A stretch of DNA of 43,308 bases from NCBI GenBank assembly GCA_041489155.1, contig JBGPQP010000010.1, forward strand, positions 1-43,308, written 5' to 3'. Every line of letters begins with the position of its first letter. The stretch's first letter is position 1. A model generated the notes under the pieces. That model worked only from the letters and a program-made list of their open reading frames with translations, searched no databases and was not told the DNA's origin. A program made the translations under genes and the position numbers. Source of the stretch: Candidatus Aenigmatarchaeota archaeon. Its GTDB lineage: Archaea; Aenigmatarchaeota; Aenigmatarchaeia; QMZP01; QMZT01. Positions 35,243 to 43,308 of this stretch are shown here, piece after piece.

Positions 35243-37168
35243 TCAGCGGAAGCTCTCTATCTCTTCTTCCTGACCCTCTTCCATGCCAGCGACTCTCGAC
35301 TTCCTCATCCTGAAGAACAACAGGACGCCGACGACAGCGATTATCACCACGACGATTATGATTATCGTCGTCATGTCCATGGGTTGCCCGCTGGGGGTGG
35401 CGCCTGCCTCTACCATGTCCATCTTGGCCTTCGCTCTCACGTAATACTCGTTGGCCAGCGCATAGTTGCCCAGCGATATCGAGCTCTCGGCATTGGATAT
35501 GTCCGAGGTGATATCCTCCTTCGTGTCATCAGAAATGGACAGCTTCGCCAGCCTGCTGCCGAGGTCTGCGATGTCCTCAGAGATGTTGTCGTAGCAATTG
35601 AGGGAAACGAACATGGATGCACTTTCAGCGCCGCTCTTGAACGTCAGGATGCCCTGGTACTTGGAAGCGCTCGCGGCCGTGAGCTTGACGTCTATTTCCT
35701 TCGTCTCGCCGGGAGCGATGGAAAGGTTAGCAAGAGGGATTTCTATGTATTTCATCCTGTCCAGATCCTCAAGCATACCAGAATACGTGTCCTTGATTTC
35801 GTACGTGAAGTCTGAGAGGGGCGAGGCTCCGTTGTTCTTTATGTTTACGAGCCAGTGCATCTCGTCGTCGACCATGCATTCCTGCGACCAGACGAGCGAG
35901 GCTTCAGCGATTTCCAGAGCCTTGCCTCCGCCTCCTGTGCAGGGGCCAAGGCTTTCTGCCACGTTAATCGTGACCGGCACCGAAAGCTCGAGATCTTCAG
36001 GCGTCTTGAGGACTATGTTGCCCGTGAGCGCGGTCTCGACATTGGGGATGGTTATCGTTATCGTCGTCGTCTCCTGCGGGCTGAGAACCGCGTCCGCTAT
36101 GGTGACGTACTCGTACTTCATGCCGCCTGTCACAACTATGGAAACATTGGTGGTGTTCGTCCTTATGTTCTTGAGCCTCAGCGAAGTGGTGAAGTCGCTC
36201 GACTTGTTGACGGTCGCCGTCACGGCTTCCGGCGAAAGCTCGAAGAACTCGGTGAGCGTGAAATTCGCGGATTTCGCGAGAGGCTTGCTCGTGACTATCT
36301 GGTAAATGCCCTCCGGCCAGTTGCTCTTGGAGTAGAATTCATAGGAGAAGAGATGGTTCGAGCCGGCGTCGGCTGAGAAATCCAGCGCCTTCGTCCCGTC
36401 CGGGAAGCGCACCTCTCCTGAAACGTAATTGGAGCTGGTCGTGCCGGTCATCTTGATTTTCTCGCCGGTCCAGTACTGTCCCTTCAGCGTCTGGATGGTG
36501 AGGTAGTCGCCTGACGGGATTTCGATCCTCTTCATCGCGCTGCCGTACGTGCCGCTGGCGTTGACTAAGAAGGCGAAATAATACGTGCCGGCGTTAAGGG
36601 TTATGTTGCCCTCATACCTCCCATCGGACACATCATAATCCAGCGGCCTGTCGCTCTGGTAGATGGTGAGGTCCTCCTTGTAGATGCTGTATTTCATGAA
36701 GTCCTTTTTGCCCATGTTTATGTACATGAAGACAGTGTTGTCAACCCTGTCGACGCCGTCGACAGGGATGGTCGCCGGCGAGATGTTCATGTAAACGGTC
36801 CTGTTGGTGATGCCGGAAGATGTGACGACGAAAACATAAAACTCAGTCTCCCCCTGCTGGAAGAAGGGCGACGGCCCGCAGGTCGCGTTGCCGTCGGAGT
36901 TCGAGAAGTAACACAGGCCCTTGCCGTCCGCCTGTATGGGGAAGGAGCCCATGCCGATGTTGCCGGTGTTGTAAACGGACCACGTGATGCGCATTGGCAT
37001 TGTCGTGGTCTTCGGGTCGACTTTTATGACGACGGGTGAGTCGACCGAGACTATCTTGTCGTTCGGCAGTATGAGCACCTCCGGCTGCTCCGCCGCAGCG
37101 AGACCGACGTTAACAAAAAAAGCGAGCACTAACACATAAACCAGAAACAAACCCCAGATCCTTTTCAT
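35243..37168 (-). CDS. Surface protein: signal peptide, tandem beta-sandwich domains, helical bundle, C-terminal TM anchor
   Basis: N-terminal signal, Thr/Ser-rich beta strands, IIIIVVVIIAVVGVLLFF followed by basic residues. Confidence 0.8.
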   Translation of the reverse strand: MKRIWGLFLVYVLVLAFFVNVGLAAAEQPEVLILPNDKIVSVDSPVVIKVDPKTTTMPMRITWSVYNTGNIGMGSFPIQADGKGLCYFSNSDGNATCGPSPFFQQGETEFYVFVVTSSGITNRTVYMNISPATIPVDGVDRVDNTVFMYINMGKKDFMKYSIYKEDLTIYQSDRPLDYDVSDGRYEGNITLNAGTYYFAFLVNASGTYGSAMKRIEIPSGDYLTIQTLKGQYWTGEKIKMTGTTSSNYVSGEVRFPDGTKALDFSADAGSNHLFSYEFYSKSNWPEGIYQIVTSKPLAKSANFTLTEFFELSPEAVTATVNKSSDFTTSLRLKNIRTNTTNVSIVVTGGMKYEYVTIADAVLSPQETTTITITIPNVETALTGNIVLKTPEDLELSVPVTINVAESLGPCTGGGGKALEIAEASLVWSQECMVDDEMHWLVNIKNNGASPLSDFTYEIKDTYSGMLEDLDRMKYIEIPLANLSIAPGETKEIDVKLTAASASKYQGILTFKSGAESASMFVSLNCYDNISEDIADLGSRLAKLSISDDTKEDITSDISNAESSISLGNYALANEYYVRAKAKMDMVEAGATPSGQPMDMTTIIIIVVVIIAVVGVLLFFRMRKSRVAGMEEGQEEEIESFR

Positions 37169-37324
37169 AATTATAATTATGTAAATACCCGGTTAATAAA
37201 TGAGCTCTCGGATTTCCAAATGGGCTTTCCGAAGCTCCAGAACGGACGGACAGGGAGCATGCAAAAATTTAAAGCGGTGATTCAACCTATTATCAATAAT
37301 TTTAATGTTCAGGGGTGATAGGGC

Positions 37325-37648
37325 ATGACCATCGAATTGAAGGACTTCGAGAAAATCGAACTGAAGGTCGGGGAAATCATAAGCGTCGACGAGATAGCCA
37401 AAGCCGACAAGCTGTACAAGCTTGAGGTCGACATCGGAGGGAAGCAGATAACGCTTGTCGCCGGGATAAAGAAGGACTACAAAAAGGAAAAGCTGCCCGG
37501 CAAGAAGATCGTCGTCGTCACGAACCTGCGGCCGAGCACGATACGCGGCATCACGTCGGAAGGCATGCTGCTGGCTGCGGTCAAGGGCGACAAGATCAGG
37601 CTCGTAACGGTCGACGGCGACGCAGAGGTCGGCAGCAGCGTGGCGTAA
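37325..37648 (+). CDS. Stand-alone tRNA-binding OB-fold protein (MetRS C-terminal/Trbp111/CsaA family)
   Basis: DF.KIELKVG.I...ADKL..L.VD.G...VAGI...NL.P....G..SEGMLLA. Confidence 0.9.
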   Translation: MTIELKDFEKIELKVGEIISVDEIAKADKLYKLEVDIGGKQITLVAGIKKDYKKEKLPGKKIVVVTNLRPSTIRGITSEGMLLAAVKGDKIRLVTVDGDAEVGSSVA

Positions 37649-37686
37649 GCCAGCGTCTGTCCGGAAAGGCAAAGCTGTATTAAATG

Positions 37687-39465
37687 CTATGTTAAATAGG
37701 TGCTGACTGTGTCGCCCACTCTTGTGCCTTCGGGCATGTTCGTCCCGCGGTTAAGATGCACAGGAGAGGCGTTCTTGTAGTCAAATCTGATGCCCCCGGG
37801 TGATATTTCTATAACCAGATATCCCGGGCAGGTGAAAAAGTCGCGTCTTTCACGATCTCCGTAATCTTTCCTGAACAAAGGCTTCCTGAACCAGCTTGTT
37901 TCTGCGTCGTGTTTCGTTGAACCTGCGCAGACAGCGTGCAATTCCCTGCCGTCATCGCAGGTGCCGATTTTCTTGCCTTTAAAGACGTGGTCGTGGCCGT
38001 ATACTACTGCGTTCACGCCCCTCCTTTTAAAGGTGCCCGTATGGTAGACTTGTTCAATTCTTCGGGGGTCGACCTTAAGATGCGCGCCTCCGTTTTCTTC
38101 CAGGAGTTTGTTCATCTCATCGTAATATTCACTGGTGAAACCCATGCCCCTGCCATAAGCATAATCATGCATTCCTCCTATTTCGCAATCAGACTGCGTA
38201 GGCCACCCTCCAAAGACATGATGAAAAAATACGAGCCTGAAAGAAGCGTCTTTTTGAAGCGTGTAAGCGAGCCATTTGGTCTGCCCTTCGCCCGCTGTCC
38301 ATTCCTCAGGCTTCCTGGGATATAAACTGTAGCGCGTGCTGTTCATGACGGCGCACAATACTTCAGGCCTGTCTTCAAAAAAGTTGTTCAGGCCACCCCA
38401 TATTATCGGATAATAATTTTCGTCAGGCGAGCCGCCATGCATCAAACCCGGCAAAGGAAGATACTTCTTTCTCCATTTCATCGCGTACTCCAAAGTCCCC
38501 GCCCCTCCGCACTCCCCCTCGTGGTTGCCCAGCGCATAATACCATGGTATGTGAGATGTGATAGCGGAAAGTATTTTCCTCTGCCCAAGACGGAACATTT
38601 TGATTATTGCATCTTTTTCTGCAGGGGTTGCTTCGCTTTCTTTTGGCAGGCCAAGGTCTTCCCATACGTGGCCGAAGCCGCCGTGGTTGTCTCCGATGTC
38701 AATCGTGAAATCAGGGTTTTCATTATTAATTATGTACCACATAGCGCTTGCCATGTTGAAACCGTTCATCAGTAATCCCTCATCCCCTGAAGGCTGGTAA
38801 TTAGGATTTTTCGCTAGCTTGCTCAGGAAAAGCCTGTTGACGTATTCGCCATTATTTCTCATCTCCCATGTCTCAGGGTTCTGGAAGGCCTCCTTTTTGC
38901 CCCGGTCATCGGGAAAATGGGCATCGGAGAAAACTATTATTTTTATTGATCCGTCTCTAAGACTGCCGGACGGGGTTTTCACATACCTGTAGCAGGTCTC
39001 TTCTGAGCCGCCGTCCGGTTTCTTATAGTTAAGCTTGTACTGGAGGATGCGGGGTACTTTCCGGAGGAAACAATCGTTCAGGGGTATTTCCACAGCGCCG
39101 TTGACATCATGTAATTTCTTTCTTGTGAGGTTTATTGTGCTCCCATCCGCATCCGCGAAATTTATCGTGAGTTCAGGGATGGTGACATCATCCCTGGTTA
39201 TGAAGCTGATATAAGGCTCTTTTCCCTTGAAAACTATCCTTTCGCCCGCTTCGAAGACGTGCGGGTTGTAAGGCGTGCCGTACTCTCCGCAGAAATCCCT
39301 TATTTCCTTTACCCTGTCTGCGTTGATGTTCTCCGTGGCAGCAGGCGTCTCGCTGCTGAAAAGCCGGCTTGTAAGCTCCTTTTCCCATTGTCCATGGTTT
39401 ACTACAGCTCCCGCTCCTAACGCTGCTGAGGTTTTAAGGAAAGCCCTCCTGTTCATCCCTTTCAT
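37687..39465 (-). CDS. Tat-signal metallophosphoesterase (calcineurin-like/purple acid phosphatase-like)
   Basis: NRRAFLKT twin-arginine signal; DAH, GD, GNHE, HH and GHDH motifs. Confidence 0.85.
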   Translation of the reverse strand: MKGMNRRAFLKTSAALGAGAVVNHGQWEKELTSRLFSSETPAATENINADRVKEIRDFCGEYGTPYNPHVFEAGERIVFKGKEPYISFITRDDVTIPELTINFADADGSTINLTRKKLHDVNGAVEIPLNDCFLRKVPRILQYKLNYKKPDGGSEETCYRYVKTPSGSLRDGSIKIIVFSDAHFPDDRGKKEAFQNPETWEMRNNGEYVNRLFLSKLAKNPNYQPSGDEGLLMNGFNMASAMWYIINNENPDFTIDIGDNHGGFGHVWEDLGLPKESEATPAEKDAIIKMFRLGQRKILSAITSHIPWYYALGNHEGECGGAGTLEYAMKWRKKYLPLPGLMHGGSPDENYYPIIWGGLNNFFEDRPEVLCAVMNSTRYSLYPRKPEEWTAGEGQTKWLAYTLQKDASFRLVFFHHVFGGWPTQSDCEIGGMHDYAYGRGMGFTSEYYDEMNKLLEENGGAHLKVDPRRIEQVYHTGTFKRRGVNAVVYGHDHVFKGKKIGTCDDGRELHAVCAGSTKHDAETSWFRKPLFRKDYGDRERRDFFTCPGYLVIEISPGGIRFDYKNASPVHLNRGTNMPEGTRVGDTVSTYLT

Positions 39466-39584
39466 TTGTCTCTACCGATTGTTATAAGAAATGTAATTTT
39501 TTTAAACTATTACTGCCCCAGGAATTGCCCAGGGGAGGGCAAACGCCGGAAATAATTTCTTATATCAGGCAACAAATTAATTAT

Positions 39585-42401
39585 ATGCACGATTACTTTC
39601 TGCCTTTCGGCCCGCAGCATCCCGCACTCGCCGAGCCGATGCACATAAAACTTCGGGTCGATGGAGAAACCATCGTCGGCTCGGAGCTGGTTCTCGGCTA
39701 CAACCACAAGGGCATCGAGAAATCTTTCGAGGGCAGACCGTGGGCGAAGGGCGTTTATCTCAGCGAGCGCGTGTGCGGCATCTGCCTACCAAAAAACGAG
39801 GAAATAATAACCGATGACGGGAACATAGTCAAAATTGGCGATTACGTCGAAAGACAAATTGGAAATTCGCATGAAAATTTCATATCCCTGGAAGCGAAAG
39901 ACAACTTCAAAGTTTTTTCCCTCAAAAAGTCATGCCTTGTCGAACCCGGAAAAATAACGCATGTCCAAAGGTTCCGTTCCCCTGAAAAACTGCTGGAAAT
40001 CAGGACATGGGCTGGTATAAAAATCAGGGCTACACACGCGCATAAAATACCCATAGACTCCATTTCTGGGCCCGAATACATAAGAGCGGAGCAGCTGAAG
40101 ATTGGCGATATGTTATATTCCGCAAGGCATTTCAGAATAAAAAATGTATGGGTGCCCTTGATAATCGATCTGCTGCCGGAGGAATTTGTAATAAAGCTGG
40201 ATAAAAGCGATCTGGATAAATTTAACAAAAAAATAAGAGACAGATTCGGAACGTTTTCAAACGCCGAAAGGGCTTTGAAAATTTACAGGACCAAACTCGG
40301 CCAAGGCAATCTAAGGAATGGCATCGGGATGGGGGAATTAAAAAGCGTATGCAGGGAAGTGGGAATGAACTATAAGAGATTAAAAAAAGGAATAAAATCG
40401 ATAAGCAACAACAGGAACCATTTTGTTCTGAAAAACGCACACATAGATGAAGATTTAATGTATCTTATGGGCCTCATTGCCTCTGATGGAAGCTTTGGCA
40501 AGATGAGGAATAAAGGACACCGCGATTACAGATTGTCCTTCGTAAACAAAGACAAATCTCTGCTGAAGGAGTTTGAAAAAACCTACAAACGCCTCTTTCC
40601 GCATAAAAAAATTGAAAGGGGAATCCTAAAAAGCGGCGCTGAAATTTTGAGAGTTTCAAATCCCATACTATCAGAGGTTGCGAAATCCCTTGGTTTCAGG
40701 GTTCTTGACAATAAAAAGGAGGACATAAAGCCCATATTCAGGATGCCGGAGAGGCTGATATCATCTTTCATAGGAGGTTATTTCGATGGCGATGGGCACT
40801 GCAAACTGGAAAATAAAAGTGCGAGAATACTGATTTACTCGAAAAGCGAGAAGTTTCTTTCAAGGCTCCAGATGATTCTGAAAAGGCTCGGCGTGGCCAG
40901 CGCTCTGAAGAAAAGGGGCCGCTCGGGATTTAAAAACAACTTTTCTTATGTGCTTTTCATCAACAACGCCGACGACGTTCTGGCATTTTCCTCGAAGGTA
41001 AAAAACAGATTGCCCAGAAAAAGGAACATACTCGATGATATCAAGATTTTCTCGCAAAAATCCAGGAGGTTCCACTCCAAATTTCAGATGTGCCCGTTGT
41101 GGGCAAACAAGTTGTTTGCTGATTTAAGGAAAAGCAGAAACATACCGCTGAACAGATTTCATTGTCCGTCGCATCTGGGTAAAATAGAGAAGGGCAAGAG
41201 GGTAAACAAAAAAACCATGTTATTTTATTTGAAAGATCTGGAAAAAATCATCGGAAAGCGTGACGAGACCGATGAAATAAAAAAGGCTATTTCGCGGGAC
41301 TTTTATCTTGATAAAATAAAAAGCATAAAAGAGATAAATTCATCTTCAAAATTCGTTTATGACCTGACGTTAAATCCGACACATAATTTTATCGTAAATG
41401 GCGGTTTGGTTGTTTCAAACTGCGGCCATTACCACACGTCGTGCTATTGCCAGGGCATCGAGAGCCTCATGGGACTCGAAATCCCCGAACGCGCAGACTA
41501 CATCCGCCTGGTCATAGCCGAGCTGGAAAGGCTGCATTCGCACCTGTTCGGTCTGGGCATCGTTGCGTGGGAAATCGGTCTGGATACGCTTTTCCATTAC
41601 ATCTTCCGCGACCGCGAGCTGGTCATGGACGCGCAGGAGCTGCTGACGGGGAACCGCGTGCATTTCGTGATGAACGTGATTGGCGGCGTCAGAAAGGACT
41701 TCAGCCTCGGGCAGGCGGGAGAGGTTGAAAGGGCGCTCAAGAAGCTGGAGGACAGGCTTGATTATTATCTGGGCATTTTCAGGAACGATGCGTCTGTGAA
41801 AAACAGGCTCAGGCACATAGGCTACCTCTCGAAACCCAAGGCGAAGCACTTCACGCCGGTCGGCCCGAACGTGCGCGCGTCCGGTATAGATTACGACGTC
41901 CGCGAGACCGGCTATTCCGCCTACAAACATCTCAACTTTAAGCCGATCATCGGCCAGGGAGGCGATGCGCTCGAACGCTGTCTCATTCGCTTCAGGGAAT
42001 GCAAACAGTCCATCGGCCTCATACGCGCTTCGCTCGCGAACATGGAAAGGCTGCCGAAGGAAACCAGCCTGAAAGTCCCTGCGGCAATAAACATCAGACA
42101 AGGCCTCGAGACCGTCTCGAGGGTCGAGGCGCCCAGGGGCGAACTCCTGTATTACATCAAAGCCGCAGGCGACCGGCCATACAGGGTGAAGATACGCACG
42201 CCGACGTACCAGACGTTCCATGCGCTTGAGGAGATGCTGAAGGGTTATGCAATCGCAGACGTCCCGGTCATACTCGCTTCGCTCGATCCGTGCTTTTCCT
42301 GCACCGACAGAATGACCTTGGTCGACGCCAAGACGAGAGAGGAAAGAATAGTCACAAAGCATGAAATACTGCACATGGGAGGAGACAGTCATGGCCGCTG
42401 A
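39585..42401 (+). CDS. Group 4 (energy-converting, complex I-related) [NiFe]-hydrogenase large subunit, intein-containing
   Basis: GPQHP..EP, GY.HKGIEK, ERVCGI|C, ELERLHSHL, EAPRGE, RVKIRTPT and DPCFSCTDR with a C-terminal extension; about 392 aa after splicing. Confidence 0.93.
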   Translation: MHDYFLPFGPQHPALAEPMHIKLRVDGETIVGSELVLGYNHKGIEKSFEGRPWAKGVYLSERVCGICLPKNEEIITDDGNIVKIGDYVERQIGNSHENFISLEAKDNFKVFSLKKSCLVEPGKITHVQRFRSPEKLLEIRTWAGIKIRATHAHKIPIDSISGPEYIRAEQLKIGDMLYSARHFRIKNVWVPLIIDLLPEEFVIKLDKSDLDKFNKKIRDRFGTFSNAERALKIYRTKLGQGNLRNGIGMGELKSVCREVGMNYKRLKKGIKSISNNRNHFVLKNAHIDEDLMYLMGLIASDGSFGKMRNKGHRDYRLSFVNKDKSLLKEFEKTYKRLFPHKKIERGILKSGAEILRVSNPILSEVAKSLGFRVLDNKKEDIKPIFRMPERLISSFIGGYFDGDGHCKLENKSARILIYSKSEKFLSRLQMILKRLGVASALKKRGRSGFKNNFSYVLFINNADDVLAFSSKVKNRLPRKRNILDDIKIFSQKSRRFHSKFQMCPLWANKLFADLRKSRNIPLNRFHCPSHLGKIEKGKRVNKKTMLFYLKDLEKIIGKRDETDEIKKAISRDFYLDKIKSIKEINSSSKFVYDLTLNPTHNFIVNGGLVVSNCGHYHTSCYCQGIESLMGLEIPERADYIRLVIAELERLHSHLFGLGIVAWEIGLDTLFHYIFRDRELVMDAQELLTGNRVHFVMNVIGGVRKDFSLGQAGEVERALKKLEDRLDYYLGIFRNDASVKNRLRHIGYLSKPKAKHFTPVGPNVRASGIDYDVRETGYSAYKHLNFKPIIGQGGDALERCLIRFRECKQSIGLIRASLANMERLPKETSLKVPAAINIRQGLETVSRVEAPRGELLYYIKAAGDRPYRVKIRTPTYQTFHALEEMLKGYAIADVPVILASLDPCFSCTDRMTLVDAKTREERIVTKHEILHMGGDSHGR
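39783..41420 (+). mobile_element. Intein (546 aa) with LAGLIDADG homing endonuclease
   Basis: Block A CLPKNEEI, block B ATHAHKI, blocks C/E LMGLIASDG and FIGGYFDGDG, block F VYDLT...HNFIVNG, block G VVSN|C; visibly AT-richer than the flanks. Confidence 0.95.
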
Positions 42402-43281
42402 CGTGTTGCTCATTCTCATCTTCCAGCTGCTCGTGTTCCCGGGCTTCGCGGCAGCGTTCTTCGCAGGCTTCCTTTACATGGGCCTCTCCAGGAAAATAGT
42501 CGCGCACATGCAGCATAGGATCGGCCCGCCGGTGCGCCAGCCGTTCTACGATTTCATAAAGCTCATGTCAAAGGAGAACATAACGACAAAGAACACCATA
42601 GGCGTCCTCGCGACGCTCTGCCCGGTGGTCTCGTTCGCGTCCATGATGACCGTGCTCATATTCATCCCCATCGCCGGCTTCCAGCTGATTTCATTTCCGG
42701 GGAGCGTTTTCGTCGTGATTTATTTCCTCATCATGTCTTCAGCGTTCTTCGCCATCGCCGGCTTCGCCGCGGGCAACCCCTTCGCGACCGTGGGAAGCAT
42801 ACGCGAGATAACGCAGCTTTTCTCGTACGAGTTCCCGTTCATAGTTTCGCTGATAACCATAGGCCTGCTGACGGGCTTCCAGATCGTCCCGTATTCAGCG
42901 ATAGGCTTTCCCTTCGCTCTGTTCGCGTTTTTCATGGGAGTCCTGGGGAAGCTGATGCTGCCGCCGTTCCACATCCCGGAGGCGGAGCAGGAGATCGTCG
43001 CCGGCCCTCTCACCGAATACAGCGGGCCGAGGCTGGCGCTGTTCGAGCTGGCGAGGGCGGCGGGATACTGGACGCTCGTGTCACTGGGCGCGGTGTTCTT
43101 CCTGGGCGCAAGCGACATCGTAACTTTCATAGTCTATTCGGCGGTCATGCTGCTGGCGCTGATAATATTCAGGACCGTTTTCGCGAGGATCAGGATCGAC
43201 CAGGCTTTCAGGCTTTACTGGTTCGTGGTCGCGCCCCTTGCGCTGATCGACCTGCTACGAGCGATGGTCGGATTGTACTGA
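42391..43281 (+). CDS. Membrane subunit of the group 4 hydrogenase (HycD/MbhM/NuoH family)
   Basis: RK..A..Q.RIGPP..QPFYDF.KL..KE, GS.RE, PF..PEAEQEIVAGP.TEYSG..LAL, AR.RIDQ. Confidence 0.93.
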   Translation: MAADVLLILIFQLLVFPGFAAAFFAGFLYMGLSRKIVAHMQHRIGPPVRQPFYDFIKLMSKENITTKNTIGVLATLCPVVSFASMMTVLIFIPIAGFQLISFPGSVFVVIYFLIMSSAFFAIAGFAAGNPFATVGSIREITQLFSYEFPFIVSLITIGLLTGFQIVPYSAIGFPFALFAFFMGVLGKLMLPPFHIPEAEQEIVAGPLTEYSGPRLALFELARAAGYWTLVSLGAVFFLGASDIVTFIVYSAVMLLALIIFRTVFARIRIDQAFRLYWFVVAPLALIDLLRAMVGLY

Positions 43282-43308
43282 GGATTCGAAAAGGATGGGT
43301 GAAAAAAT

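Noticed and set aside
39525..39584. N-terminal extension of the hydrogenase ORF (and similar extensions on the nitroreductase, YkgJ, L7Ae, zinc-ribbon, bud32 and lipoprotein ORFs)
   Set aside because: The extensions run through promoters, tRNAs or neighbouring genes; family homology begins at downstream ATGs.
43295..43308. Start of the next hydrogenase subunit
   Set aside because: Only about four codons are visible, so it cannot be identified.

Overview
Archaeal chromosomal window with archaeal-type r-proteins, RFC-L, Cdc48, aEF-1beta, Bud32, BHB tRNA introns and TATA/BRE promoters. The small-genome style and Cys-rich surface proteins suggest a DPANN lineage such as Aenigmarchaeota (inference only). 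It is mostly housekeeping: yhaM, rfcL, cysS, htpX, cdc48, L7Ae-S28e-L24e, aEF-1beta, SAMP/ThiS, TtuA/NcsA, bud32, S5-L30-L15-secY, five tRNA genes, surface/membrane proteins and the start of a group 4 [NiFe]-hydrogenase operon. The top finding is a single tRNA-Leu gene (26055-26211, minus) with two tandem 7-nt anticodon micro-exons (GTTTAGG and GTTCAGG). Each has its own bulge-helix-bulge partner, so alternative splicing could give both tRNA-Leu(UAG) and tRNA-Leu(CAG). Other highlights: a 546-aa LAGLIDADG intein at the Ni-ligating cysteine of the hydrogenase large subunit (possible CxxC redox trap); a divergent RelA/SpoT-synthetase-like orphan splitting the samp-ttuA pair; a K-turn covering the L7Ae Shine-Dalgarno; a palindromic operator ahead of an HTH-cdc48 operon; a SecY with two extra predicted TM helices; and several micro-ORFs below the ORF-track cut-off. 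All calls come from manual reading; no searches were run.
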